A stretch of DNA of 64,000 nucleotides from NCBI GenBank assembly GCA_010909165.1, contig MU008158.1, positions 2,877,478 to 2,941,477 of the forward strand, in the 5' to 3' direction. Under the pieces are notes generated by a model, which worked only from the letters and a program-made list of their open reading frames with translations, made no database searches and was not told the DNA's origin. The DNA comes from Anthoceros angustus (lineage: Eukaryota > Plantae > Anthocerotophyta). The position numbers and the translations under genes are program-made. This document shows positions 13,201-23,851 of this stretch, piece after piece (the stretch's first letter is position 1; the number at the start of each line of letters is the position of its first letter).

Positions 13201-16200
13201 ATTGTCCGGAGTGAAGACATCGACGGATTCGTATGCGTGTCCTGTGACCCTGTTCGCTCGGATGGTGTGAGAGGTGCTACAGCGGTCTCGCAGCTTGTGG
13301 GTCCTGTGTCACCATGTGAGTATCCTCTGGGTCGGGACGCAGGAGAACTAGGAGCTGGTGGTCTTACTCGTGTCCTCACACCCAACTGTGAAAATAATGC
13401 TCAAAATCTGATGCAGCTGCGCCAGCGTGCGAGTCTCTTGAAATAATTGGAGATCCAGTGGAAGGTGGAACTTTGCAATTGCAAGCTCTCTATACTGGAG
13501 GGTGAGATGGTCTCTCTGTAGTTCCTATGGGGCATTCTGTGCAGTGGCAAGTTGAAAGGTCGGTTGAACTTCTGTTGATGGCATGCAGTGTACGAGGAGC
13601 TTGCCGTCAGGAATGGCATCGAAGGGACTTCTACGGAAGAGATGTTCTCTTGAGCCTTAATGGTAACGACAGTTCGCTTTCGGTCAAAGTGCCTGGTGGG
13701 TCGTTCAATGTGGGAGTTGGTGGCTGATGCACGAAGTTACTTTTTCTTTTGCGGGGTGTCTGCAGATACTTTGCATCTGACAGGGGAGGATGTTGGAGCC
13801 CGGATTCGCCTTGTTTTCATTCCTGTTCGGCAGGATGGGATAGTTGGAGAACCCGTTGAAGTGTTGTCAGATGTGGTAGTCGACGGTATGGCCACTAACT
13901 TGCCCTTAGTTCTATACAGCTGCCTATGCTCCTGCTTGGCTGAACACTTGTTTGGCTCTGTACAGCTGACCCGGAAGGCAAAGAGCTCGAAATACCACAC
14001 TGCTCTGAGGATGTACCTGTCACGCCTCGTAAAGTGTATTTTGGCGGTCAAGAAGGCGTAGGAGAGTATGCTTGGTATCGAACAGCTGAGGACGCGGTGT
14101 TTCAAGCGTTGCCTCACGACTCAAAATTATTGTCACACTCTCTGTATGGCAAACCTTCAGTTCGTTGCATTAGTCGGTAATTTATGACTCCTGACGGCCC
14201 TTGTTCCAAACTTCCTGACACCCCTTGTTTCAGATCGTATACACCGAGATTGGAAGATGTGGGTCATCACCTTGTTCTTCATTGGGTGCCCTCGCGTAAG
14301 GATGGGAAGCGGGGCAAGCCTGTGCTTGCATGCAGCAAGTTTCCGGTTGAAGCTGGTGCGTTCTCAGTTGATGCACCTTCTCTGTTTTTTTTGTCAGTCC
14401 ACCTGGAGTGAAGGGCTGCTCACGACAGTGTTTGTGGTTAGCAGCGCCTCCGTCAGTCCACAGTGTCCACTTGGCAGAAGTCAGTCCTGGCTTATATCAG
14501 GGAGAGGGAATCTACTATGGTGGGGTGGAAGGTAGTAGCCAGAAAAGTTGGTACAGACTAACTCCAGATGGGAGCAAGCTACTTATTGAGGGCGCCGTTT
14601 CCTCTACATACGCTCCCAATGACGATGATTATACCTGTCGTCTCATATTTGGGTGATGCATAATGTTTTTCTCAAATGACTGAAGCCTACCTGCTTTGGG
14701 TATACTGCTTGGCTGACGCATAGTAATGTGCTTGGTGCTCCAGGTATCTTCCTGTCCGAGCAGATGGTATAGTGGGAGAGCTGGTACTGACACAACCAAG
14801 CTCCGTTGTTTATCCTGGTGAGTATGGGTCATTGGAATGTTGCATGGGAGCTTCGCAACCAGCAATTCCAGAAGGGTTCTGACCTCGTCTTTGTCGTCAC
14901 CAGAGATGCCGAGAGTTCACAGGCTGGTCTTCACTGGCAGAGCTGTTGAGGGCGAGGTCCTCACAGCGTTGGAAGTAATACCCAAGGGGGAGACACAGGA
15001 GATTGTTTGGGAGAAGTATAAGAAAGAAATCAAGTACCAGTGGTAAGTGTTTCTCGAAACTTCAGAATTTTTTTTTTGGTTTTTGTCAGTGACCCTTCGT
15101 TTGCTGGTAACGTAGCAAAGAGTTTGGTTGGTTTGTCAAAGGTCTCGATCTCGGGCAGATGAAGATGTGTTTGAGCCAATCCCTTTGCAGCGGGTTTGTA
15201 GCTTCAAGGTTCGGCTGGAGGATGTCGGGTACTGCTTGCAATGTGAGTGTACTTTGGTTGACGTCTTTGGCAGAACTGGAGAGCCAGTTTCTGAGATCTC
15301 CGCCCCTGTACAACCAGGTAAGGTTGTTTGGCTTGCCTGTGTCCTTTCGTGCCCTTGACACTGTGCGGTGAGGAGTTGACGATGGGTCTGCACTAATTGC
15401 AGGATTCCCTAAAATCGACAAGCTGGAAGTCGATGGTCTGGGATATCACACCAGTCTGTATGCCGTGAGAGGCCTGTACTTCGGTGGGAAAGAGGGCAGA
15501 AGTACAGTACAATGGTTTCGTGCCATGGCTGGGAGTCCTGACCTGATACCTATTTCTGGTATGTTTGAGTCAGTGTGTTGCTAAGATGAGGTAGTATCAA
15601 CAACAACACATGTTTAGCTGCTGAAGGGATGGTTGTTTTGTGGGTGGTTAGGCGAGGTCGGACGGATGTACGAGGCGAATGTGGATGACGTCGGCTACAG
15701 GCTTGTGGCTGTGTATACCCCGGTGCGAGAAGATGGAGTTGAAGGTCTGCCGACTTCGGCATCCACTGATCCCGTAATTGTTGGTAAGAATTATGCCCCT
15801 GAGATGGCGCTCTGGGTTAAACTACACAAAAAAAATTGCCATACACTGACTTACTCACTTGTGGGCCAGAACCTGAGATTGCAAAGGAAGTGAAGCAGAA
15901 AGTAGATCTGGGCGTGGTAAAGTTCGAGGTACGGTTCCCATTGTATGTTGGCAGCTGACTTTTCTTGGTTGTGGGCTGTTGGGCTTGACGTTGCAAGAGT
16001 TGTTGGCCTCTGTATGTCAACAGGCTTTGCGGGATCGCGACCGGTCTCCCATGAAGGTAGGTAGCTATGCATGTGAGCGGTAGCCGAAGCGTGTCTTCGT
16101 AGGTGAAGTATGCACTGAGCTGAGCGCACATACGGTTTGTGTGTGTCAGGGGCAACTAGTATTGGGAAGTCTGGAGAGGCGCGTGCTGGATGTAAATAGA

Positions 16201-16533
16201 AAAAGGGTGAAGGTGGTGAAACCATCCAAAGCGTCCTTCGCATCCACGGAGCTGCGAGGCACCTATGCACCACCCTTCCATGTGAGTTCCTTCAGAGAAT
16301 CCTTTTAGCAGTGGGGCCAGCTCCACTGTACCCTAACGTGTGCCTCGCTGTCATTCCGTCAGGTCGAGCTGTTCCGCAACGACCAGCACCGGCTGAAAAT
16401 CGTGATAGACTTGGAGAACGAGGTGGAGCTGATGGTGCAGTCCCGGCATATCCGAGACGTGATCGTTCTCGTGCTGCGCGGCCTCGCCCAGAGATACAAC
16501 AGCACGCCCTTAAACCTGTTGCTCAAGATGTGA
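7213..16533 (+). CDS. AIR9: AIR9-like microtubule-associated protein (Ser-rich basic N-terminus, LRRs, tandem A9/Ig-like repeats), many short introns
   Basis: Ser/Pro/Lys-rich exon 1 ending 'RFINLPSVDVKAGDDV'. LRR exons (RLDLRGQKVRSLDG, FVYLRDNKL, LDLSFNEFKG, LYLAGNQI). Repeated A9 units ('YFGGREGPSKFEW', 'YTPVRSDG', 'YWGGGEGPSRLQW'). C-terminal 'VELFRNDQHRLKIVID...NSTPLNLLLKM*', TGA at 16531-16533. Confidence 0.93.
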
Positions 16534-16603
16534 TTCCATTATACATAGCTACTCGGAGGCGAGAAGATAATATAAGTTAAACACACGGGCGTGCACTACT
16601 AGC

Positions 16604-17659
16604 CTAGGAGACATGTGCAACATTGGTGTGGCCAAGCGTAACTATGACAAGAAATTGAATGGGGGTTACGAGGTAAAGGAAGGCAATCCCCATGGTGGTG
16701 GCGCTGGCCACGGAACTGGAGAAGAGCTGCTCGATGTCCCTGTTATGCGACTCCCACTGCTGGTAGAGAAGAAACGTCGAAATGCCCCAGCCGGCCAGCA
16801 GCGCAGGGCAAGGGAAGCAGGCGTAAAGCCCCTGGTCCATGAGGAACTTGAGCGGAGGCGGCACCACCAGCACGAAGAGTATCAGGCCCGCGGGGACTGT
16901 GACGATCGGCTCTGCGTGTGTGCAGTGCAGCAATCAAACAATGTGAGTTGAGCGTCTGCGAGATAAGGAGGCTAACAAAGTCAAGTTACATAAGTTAGCT
17001 TAGTAAGCCAAGTTAGATAGGTTGATGGACATGGTTAGGTGAGGAGTGAATGTACCGTTGAGTACGGGCCACGGAAGGAAAATGTATAAGAAGACGAAGA
17101 CGAGCGCGATCCACTTGACAAACGAACTCCTGGCATTTGAAAGAAGAAAGTTGTTGAAGATTTGAGATGTGCTGCAATTGCAGCAAGGCGTGTCGCGGGT
17201 GTCGCGGAGGAAAAAGCGTTTGAAACCAGGAGACTGACCGGAGGATGGCGATCTGCGTTCGGAGCAGGTGGACGGCGGTGAAGGGCACGAGGAGCTGGAG
17301 CATGAGGGAACTTTTGGTGCCGTTCACGTAGTGCGCGGTCCAGTCCAGAATCAATAGATAGCTGCAGATGGGAGACGAGCTGAAGTTAGAGGCAGCAAGA
17401 GGCGAGACGCGTCTCGTGCAGGCGATGAAAGCGTGGCTTACAGGGGGACGATGGTGCCGACGAAGCCCAGCACTTCGGCTACTGCGATGAAGAGCGCCCA
17501 AAGTATCTGCGTGAAGTTGCAGCAAGCTGGTTGCGGCAGTTGCATCTCTGAGGCTTGGTCCGGCCCTGCTCTCGAGACAGGCTGGGCATTGAGCTCCAGA
17601 TCGACGTCGACGTCTGGTGAATCCTCCGACACCGGGCTGGGAATCAGAGGCTGGTCCAT
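16604..17659 (-). CDS. Divergent COR413/WCOR413-family cold-acclimation multi-pass membrane protein (4 exons)
   Basis: Phase-consistent model 17659-17442, 17361-17239, 17129-17056, 16911-16604 with GT-AG introns. It gives 'LYLLILDWT...LLVPF...LRSSFVKWIALV...VPAGLILFVLVVP...ATTMGIAFLYLVTP', matching the COR413 pattern YLLILDRT...LLVPY...GKWIAF...PGSLILLVVVAP...SNTIGI. Confidence 0.72.
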
Positions 17660-17875
17660 TTTTGCGGGAGCATAAACATTTGGAGGCTGCGCCTGTGTGT
17701 GCGCGGACTGGTGGCAGCAGGAAGAGACCTGGCGCCAGGCGGAGTTATGGTGGCGAGCCGGGAGCAACTTGGCATTACGCTCGGTCGTGGGGGAGTGGGG
17801 CACGCACGCTACCCCGTTTCCGTTTTTAGAAAAGTCCTTGTTTATTGTAGGCAACGGTTTTTTTTACAATGCGGG

Positions 17876-18907
17876 CTAGGGGGTGAGGCGGGTGCGCGAG
17901 GCAGACAGCACATTCAGCCCGTGGTTGAATCCGACCAGCGCGTCCTCGCAATCCGCCACCAGCCGCGCCAGGCTGCTGCTCCCAGGCTCGTTCTCCGCTT
18001 CCGAGTCGGCCATGGCGGCGTGCGCCTCCCGGTGGCCCTTGAGGTTGCGCAGGAGGCGTAGCAGGTGCTTGTAGGATTCCACCACATGCTTCGCCGCGGC
18101 CCCCAGCCCGTGCAGCTGCGGGACCTCCATGCTGTGCGTCCATGGCCGGATCTCCTTGGCGTAGATGGCGTCGAATGCCCTGGCCGTGTCCACGAAGATG
18201 TGCAGCTGCCTCCGGAGCTCTGCCTCAGCCTCCGCCTGTCCGGCGCCCTGCTCGTCGCTGCTGTCGTAGTTCCTGCTCCCGGCTAGGGTTAGGGTTTGCT
18301 CCAGCTCTGAGGCCTGGGAGGTGAGCTCCGCGAGCTTGGCCTGAAGCTGCGGCAGCTGTGGGGACGAGGCAGCCGGGGGAGCTGCGGCGGCCACATCCGC
18401 AGGGAAGAGCTTGCAGTCGTCGGAGAAGGCTTGAGCCTGTCGTTCCGCTATCCCGTCCAGGAGCTGCACATCCTTGGCCAGCTGGTCGTCCCCGCTCCAC
18501 TCCGAGTTGTCGGCGAAGAGGCTGGCCTCCACCAGCTCCACCAGTGCCTGCAGGCTCTCGGCGCGGTTCTCGTAGCTGCCCTTGCCCTGGATGGCCTCCG
18601 TGTCCAGCCCCGGCGTCAGGCCGAGGAATTTCGCGATCTGTGCCAGGTACTGGATCTTTACCCACTCCTGCTCCGCCTCAGCCCCCCGCTCCCCGCGCCC
18701 CTCCAGATCTAAATCGGACTCCGCATCCAGCACTGGTCCTGGCTCCGCGTCCGCGAACGGGGACTTATCTCCCAGCAGCTTGAAGAAGAGCCACTCCAGG
18801 AGCGTGTACCGTTCCAGCCCCGCGTACAGCAGAGACTGCGCAGGCACGGACGCCCGAGGGTAGTTCAGCACCACCAGCTTCTGCACCACCTCCTCCATCA
18901 CGTCCAT
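17876..18907 (-). CDS. AUG7: Augmin complex subunit 7, intronless
   Basis: 'KLVVLNYPRASVPAQSLLYAGLERYTLLEWLFFKLLGDKSPF...IQYLAQIAKFLG...CKLFPADV...IYAKEIRPWTHSMEVPQLHGLG' matches plant AUG7. First ATG at 18907 (the ORF track starts at an upstream TTG). Confidence 0.9.
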   Translation of the reverse strand: MDVMEEVVQKLVVLNYPRASVPAQSLLYAGLERYTLLEWLFFKLLGDKSPFADAEPGPVLDAESDLDLEGRGERGAEAEQEWVKIQYLAQIAKFLGLTPGLDTEAIQGKGSYENRAESLQALVELVEASLFADNSEWSGDDQLAKDVQLLDGIAERQAQAFSDDCKLFPADVAAAAPPAASSPQLPQLQAKLAELTSQASELEQTLTLAGSRNYDSSDEQGAGQAEAEAELRRQLHIFVDTARAFDAIYAKEIRPWTHSMEVPQLHGLGAAAKHVVESYKHLLRLLRNLKGHREAHAAMADSEAENEPGSSSLARLVADCEDALVGFNHGLNVLSASRTRLTP

Positions 18908-18917
18908 GGCGGAAGCC

Positions 18918-18926
18918 AAACCCTAA
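18918..18926 (+). promoter_or_regulatory. Telo-box AAACCCTAA in the 45-bp spacer between divergent AUG7 and DCD2 start codons
   Basis: Exact AAACCCTAA at 18918-18926 between ATG 18907 (-) and ATG 18953 (+). Confidence 0.55.
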
Positions 18927-18952
18927 CGCTCACTCAAAGAACGCGAATTGCA

Positions 18953-20441
18953 ATGTCGAAAGGGATGATGGCCGCCGCGCCTCCGCTTCCTCGGTTGCTC
19001 CTGGAGCGGCGATGGCTGCTCCCGCTTCCGCGCACCGACGTGCACCGCGTCTCCGTCTCCCGCGATGCGCAAGAATGCCGCCTGGATGAAAATGCGGGCT
19101 CCGGAGATGGCCGCCACTTCTACCTTGTCAGAGACGACCTGCTGCATCCGACCATGGGGGGAAACAAGCTACGCAAGCTGGACGCCCTGCTGCCCGCGCT
19201 CAAAGCGGCAGGGGTGACCGATCTGGTGAGTGCCGCGCCGATCTGCTGCTACATCCCGCGCCTGAACACATGCATCATGGCATCGTCGCATGCGGCAGGT
19301 CACCTGTGGAGGTTGCCAAAGTGCACATACTGCAGCAATAGGTAGGTGATCGAGTCAGTGAGTGAGCGAGCTCGTGTCTTGTCCTGTCCTGCCCTGTCCG
19401 CTTGGACTTGCAATTGCACTTCTACTTGGTATCTGTGATGGCATCGCATCCCTTTCTGCTGCAGCCTTGGCGGCTGCTCAATCTGCAATCCGCGCTCACC
19501 TGCTGGTGCGAGGGGAGGCCCCGGCTGTTCCCACCGGATACAATCTCGTGTCTGCCATGTTCGGCCACATCACCTACATTCCAAGGTCAGAGTATGCCGA
19601 CCGAGAAGCGATGCTGTCGAAGCATGCGGCTCGCGTAGCAGGTGCTACCGGCTCGCTCGTGTGCTTGGACGCAGCTGGAAGCCTCATCACTACCCCCGAC
19701 TCATCGGTAGGAAGCCAGCGAATAGCGGTGGTTAAGGAGGGGGCTTCTGGACCTCTGGCATTGCTCGGTCAGTGAGTGACATCCGCACGCCTGCTCTTCC
19801 CTTTCTTCTTCCTACAGGCAGACATTGATGAATCTGCCTTCCTCCATGTATGTGAATCTCAGGACTCATTCGCCTTGTGGAGTACCTGAGCCAGCACTCA
19901 GCAGCGCTCCCTTGCAGCGAGCCCATGCAGCTGGTGGTGGATTGTGGCACAGGGACTACTGCCATCGGGCTTGCACTGGGCGTTGCTCTCTTCGGGCTTC
20001 CATGGCACATCGTGGGAGTGATGCTAGCGGACACAGCAGAGAGTTACGATGAGCACAAGCATTCTCTTCTGTCGGATTTCAGCAATGTGTACCCAAGTGT
20101 CACGCACCTGCAGCTGCCAATCACATGGATACCACGCCAGCAGCCACGCAGGTTGGTACACCTGCCGAAACCGCTTCTCGTTTTTTTATTGATCCATCCG
20201 TTTCGAACGCGCCACTGTTGCATCCAGCAGGTTCGGGAAGGTCCTTCCAGGCGAGATCAAGGCATGCCAGCAGATAGCACGGCAAACTGGGGTGCTGTTG
20301 GATCCGATCTACACTTTGGCTGCCTGGGAGGCCGCCGTTTCCTTGTGCCTGAAGGGGCACAGCCGGGTGGCGGCTTTGCACACAGGGGGCACCATGGGGC
20401 TCTTCGGATTGGCTCAGAGATACCCCTCTCAATTCATTTAG
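18953..20441 (+). CDS. D-cysteine desulfhydrase 2-like PLP enzyme (ACC-deaminase/D-cysteine desulfhydrase family), 5 exons
   Basis: Exons 18953-19225, 19299-19341, 19465-19767, 19863-20151, 20231-20441. Motifs 'VRDDLLHPTMGGNKLRKLD' (PLP Lys), 'VTCGGCQSAHTAA', 'VVDCGTGTTAIGL', 'LLDPIYTL', 'LHTGG'. Confidence 0.9.
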
Positions 20442-20628
20442 GTCTTTTCACGTCTTTGTTATTTAATTTAATAAAGCAGATGTTCAGGTTCAGCTTGCGG
20501 TGAGTTCCGGCCTGCCACTCACCTCATGAGCAGCAGCGGATGAGAGCGTAGGAGGCCAACCAAGGCCAGCCATGGCCTTGGCTGGCCGCGCCTTGGCTGC
20601 CCCTTGCTGACCTTCTGCGCGGGGCGAC

Positions 20629-23145
20629 ATGTTGTGCGCGCTCTCCTCTACCATGTGCTGCGCGTCCGCGTGCAGCCCGGCGGAGGCGCTGCAACTTCAA
20701 CGATGCGACCGTGACGCCAGGCTGCTGCACGACCTGGCCACCTCCGACTCGCCGCTGGATCTCAAGCTCCACTTCAGCTCCGATGGCCGCATGGACATGC
20801 CTGCTCTGCACGCCGCCTTCTCTGCCTTCACGTCGAATGCAGATTTGGCGACGGTTGTGCAGCTCATGAAGAAGCTGCACGATTCGGGCTTGCCGGCATC
20901 CAAATTCGCCGGGCCCTGCACCACCAGGATGCTGGCCACGCAGCTTCAAGAAATGTTGCAGCAGGAGCAAGAAGAGCAGGAGCAGCAAAAGCAGGAAGAG
21001 GAGGAGCAGCAGCAGCAGATTGCTGCTTGTGTGGACATTCTAACAGCGCTGTCAACGTACGGATTCCGCGCTAAGCATCTGGTGCCCCCGCCTCTCTTCA
21101 TCCCCAGCTGCGCGGGAACAGGTGATGCCGCTCTCATGTTGCGCTACGCAGCTCTCCTGCCTCACGATGTGCGGCTTTTCAATGCTGTGATTGAAGCGTT
21201 TGCTGAGCGAGGTGACCTGGAGGCGGCTCTCTCTGTGTTGGCCTCTCTGCCTGCAGCGGGCTATGTCCCGGATATGTACACCTACCGAACTTTGGTGGAT
21301 GCCTGTGCTCATTGCGGCCAACCCGGCGTTGCACTGGACGTCTACCACAGCATGCTGGAGGCAGGAATGATACCTAACGTCTTCGTGTGCAACAGCGTGT
21401 TGAATGCTAATGCCAAGGATTTACACCTGGTGCGACGAATTTACAAGCAGATGCAGGAGAGCGGGGTGCAACCTGATCCTCCCACCTATCATATTCTGCT
21501 CAAGTCATTCGCCTATGCTGCTTCTCATGAGCTGGTGCCGGATCTGTACGACGAAGTCGCGGGTCGCGTCACGGATGGTAGCCTGCAAATTGATGTCTTC
21601 ACGTACTCCAGGTTCATTCAGGCTTTCGGGGATGCCAAGATGTGGGAGTCGGCGATGAGGGTGAAGGATGATATGGTGGCAGCTGGGGTCACTCTGAACC
21701 AGGTCACGTGGAATTGCTTAATCGGTGCCTGTGCAACGTCAGGGCTGGGTGGACAAGCTCTGCGTCTCCTCCATGACATGATCACAGCTGGCTGTCAGCC
21801 CAACACCGATACCTACAACATGGTGCTTCATGCCTTTGCCGAAGGAGGTCAGCAAGAAACTGCTGTCCAGTTGTTCGAGGAGTGGAAAAGGGACGGCCCC
21901 TTCTCGTCCATCCTGATTCAAGAGTTTGGCAGCGAACCACTGGTGCTGAGCCTGGCCGAGTTGGAGACCGAGAGTTGCAAACCTAATCTTGTGACCTACA
22001 ACACCATGATGAAGGCTTGCAGGAAGGCGCCCAAGGATGCCCAGGCGCTCATGGATGAGATGAGATCCCTTGGCTTCGTGCCGGACCAGAAGACCTGGTC
22101 TACCCTCCTCGACTCGCACGGAACTGCGGGTGATCTGGAAGGTGCTACCAGGGTTTTTGGGGAGATGGAGCGGGCTGGGATTCCTCATGATGTTGTCAGC
22201 TTCACCTCCATGATGAAGGCTTGTGTGTTAGCCAAGAATCCAGATAGAGCTTTTTCCTTCTTTGCCATGATGAAGGCTGCTGGTATCCGGCCCAATGTGG
22301 TGACATACAACACTCTGCTCAGAGCCCAGCGCAAGTACGGACAGCTGAGCGAAGTGCGGCGTGCACTGGCTCTGTATGAGGAAATGCGTGATGCAGGGTT
22401 TGCACCCAAGGACCGCATCTTGAAGTCGCTTTTGGAAGAATGGGCGGAAGGGGCTCTGGGGAATGCAGCTACCAACTGGAGGAGCTCGTCAGGTGAAGCC
22501 TCTTCGGAGGCAGCTGACCTGAACGAGTACACTGAGCTGCTATTGCAAAAGGTGGCCGCACACGCCAGTTCTGTCGACCAGGGCAACAGCATGACTATCG
22601 ATCTGCGTGGTCTCTCCAAGGCCGAAGCTAGGTTAGCAGTCTTAGCTGTGTTGAGAATAGTGAAGGAAAAACACTCTGCGACGACGCCTGTCACCATGGA
22701 CCTGGAGATCATCACCGGAGCCGGTAAGCAGAGCCGTTCGGTCATCCAGGAGGCCGTCTTAGGTGTGTTGCAGGACGAGCTTCGACTCGCGGTTGTGTTA
22801 GTAGACAGTAGGAACCGCACCGGCCAACAACTGGAGCCGATGGACGACACTGCTTCCTCCCGGACGCCTCTACAAGAACGTACAGTGTATCCGGATGCCA
22901 CCACGGCTGAACGAGAAGCCACAGCCAACGGGGAGGGAACTGCCAGCAAGTGGAACCGGCAGCAAGTCAAGGTGGTGGCCAGAAGACCTGTGAACTCAGG
23001 TAGACTAATGGTCCCCAAGGATTCCCTCAATGCCTGGTTGCAAAAGGGCAGATGGAAGTCCGAGAGAAGAAGAAAAGGACAACAGGACTTTGATTCCATG
23101 ACGAACATTTGGCAACAGCCCACAGTGGAAGAACTGGTGACGTAG
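20629..23145 (+). CDS. P-class PPR protein with C-terminal SMR-like domain (At5g02830-like), intronless
   Basis: Tandem 35-aa PPR motifs (PDMYTYRTLVDAC, PNVFVCNSVLN, PNLVTYNTMMKAC, PNVVTYNTLLRA). 'AFGDAKMWESAMRVKDDM' and SMR-like 'IDLRGLSKAEARLAVLAVLR...LEIITGAGK'. Confidence 0.88.
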   Translation: MLCALSSTMCCASACSPAEALQLQRCDRDARLLHDLATSDSPLDLKLHFSSDGRMDMPALHAAFSAFTSNADLATVVQLMKKLHDSGLPASKFAGPCTTRMLATQLQEMLQQEQEEQEQQKQEEEEQQQQIAACVDILTALSTYGFRAKHLVPPPLFIPSCAGTGDAALMLRYAALLPHDVRLFNAVIEAFAERGDLEAALSVLASLPAAGYVPDMYTYRTLVDACAHCGQPGVALDVYHSMLEAGMIPNVFVCNSVLNANAKDLHLVRRIYKQMQESGVQPDPPTYHILLKSFAYAASHELVPDLYDEVAGRVTDGSLQIDVFTYSRFIQAFGDAKMWESAMRVKDDMVAAGVTLNQVTWNCLIGACATSGLGGQALRLLHDMITAGCQPNTDTYNMVLHAFAEGGQQETAVQLFEEWKRDGPFSSILIQEFGSEPLVLSLAELETESCKPNLVTYNTMMKACRKAPKDAQALMDEMRSLGFVPDQKTWSTLLDSHGTAGDLEGATRVFGEMERAGIPHDVVSFTSMMKACVLAKNPDRAFSFFAMMKAAGIRPNVVTYNTLLRAQRKYGQLSEVRRALALYEEMRDAGFAPKDRILKSLLEEWAEGALGNAATNWRSSSGEASSEAADLNEYTELLLQKVAAHASSVDQGNSMTIDLRGLSKAEARLAVLAVLRIVKEKHSATTPVTMDLEIITGAGKQSRSVIQEAVLGVLQDELRLAVVLVDSRNRTGQQLEPMDDTASSRTPLQERTVYPDATTAEREATANGEGTASKWNRQQVKVVARRPVNSGRLMVPKDSLNAWLQKGRWKSERRRKGQQDFDSMTNIWQQPTVEELVT

Positions 23146-23851
23146 TCGGGTATGAGCATCCACCGGTTCCTGGAAAACGTCTCAGGATCAGGGTGCAACG
23201 GATCGGCACCGTTGGTGGGTTCTGCTCGGCGGAACTGCAACATACTGTCCGCTCTCCACTGTTGTCTGCGCTAACTTATCCGACGATCGGGTGGCGCTTC
23301 CGCAGACGCGGTACTTGATCTGGGCTGAAGGACGCAATCAGTGAGCTGGTCCGAGGAAAGAGGAAGCGAGCTTGAAGTCTAAGCCACGAAAGCGCGTTAC
23401 CACCAACAACCCCCCTTCTCCCCCCATGAACTTCTCCTCCAGGCACAGAGTGGTGGTCACTCCACGGCATTGGTATCCGGGCAAGATGCAGGATGTATTT
23501 ACACTCGTACAAGTTGGCGTAGACTACCGCCTAAACTTTCGCTCACCGTTTATTTGCCAAATTGCTGGACACCTTTTACGATACAAAACCCATGTACATA
23601 TTCGGACACATGCGGGAGCGAAAGCGAGGGAGGAAGAACCAGCGACGAAAACTACAGTGTCATTGCCCAGAATATTCGCTGTCTCTCTCCACTCTTGTAT
23701 CGGTCGCTTCTCCCTTGAAATTCGTCGCGTCGATGTCCCGAAGAGGTGGTGTTCTCTTCGTTGCTTCAACCCACGTTACCTGCACGTCGGGTCGGATTTG
23801 AGGTCACTTGAAGGAGCCTCCCTTCTTTCCTGACCACGGAGAAAGCACGAG

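Noticed and set aside
7213-18907. AIR9 and AUG7 as a microtubule gene cluster
   Set aside because: Only two genes, separated by an unrelated gene. Without synteny evidence this is likely coincidence.
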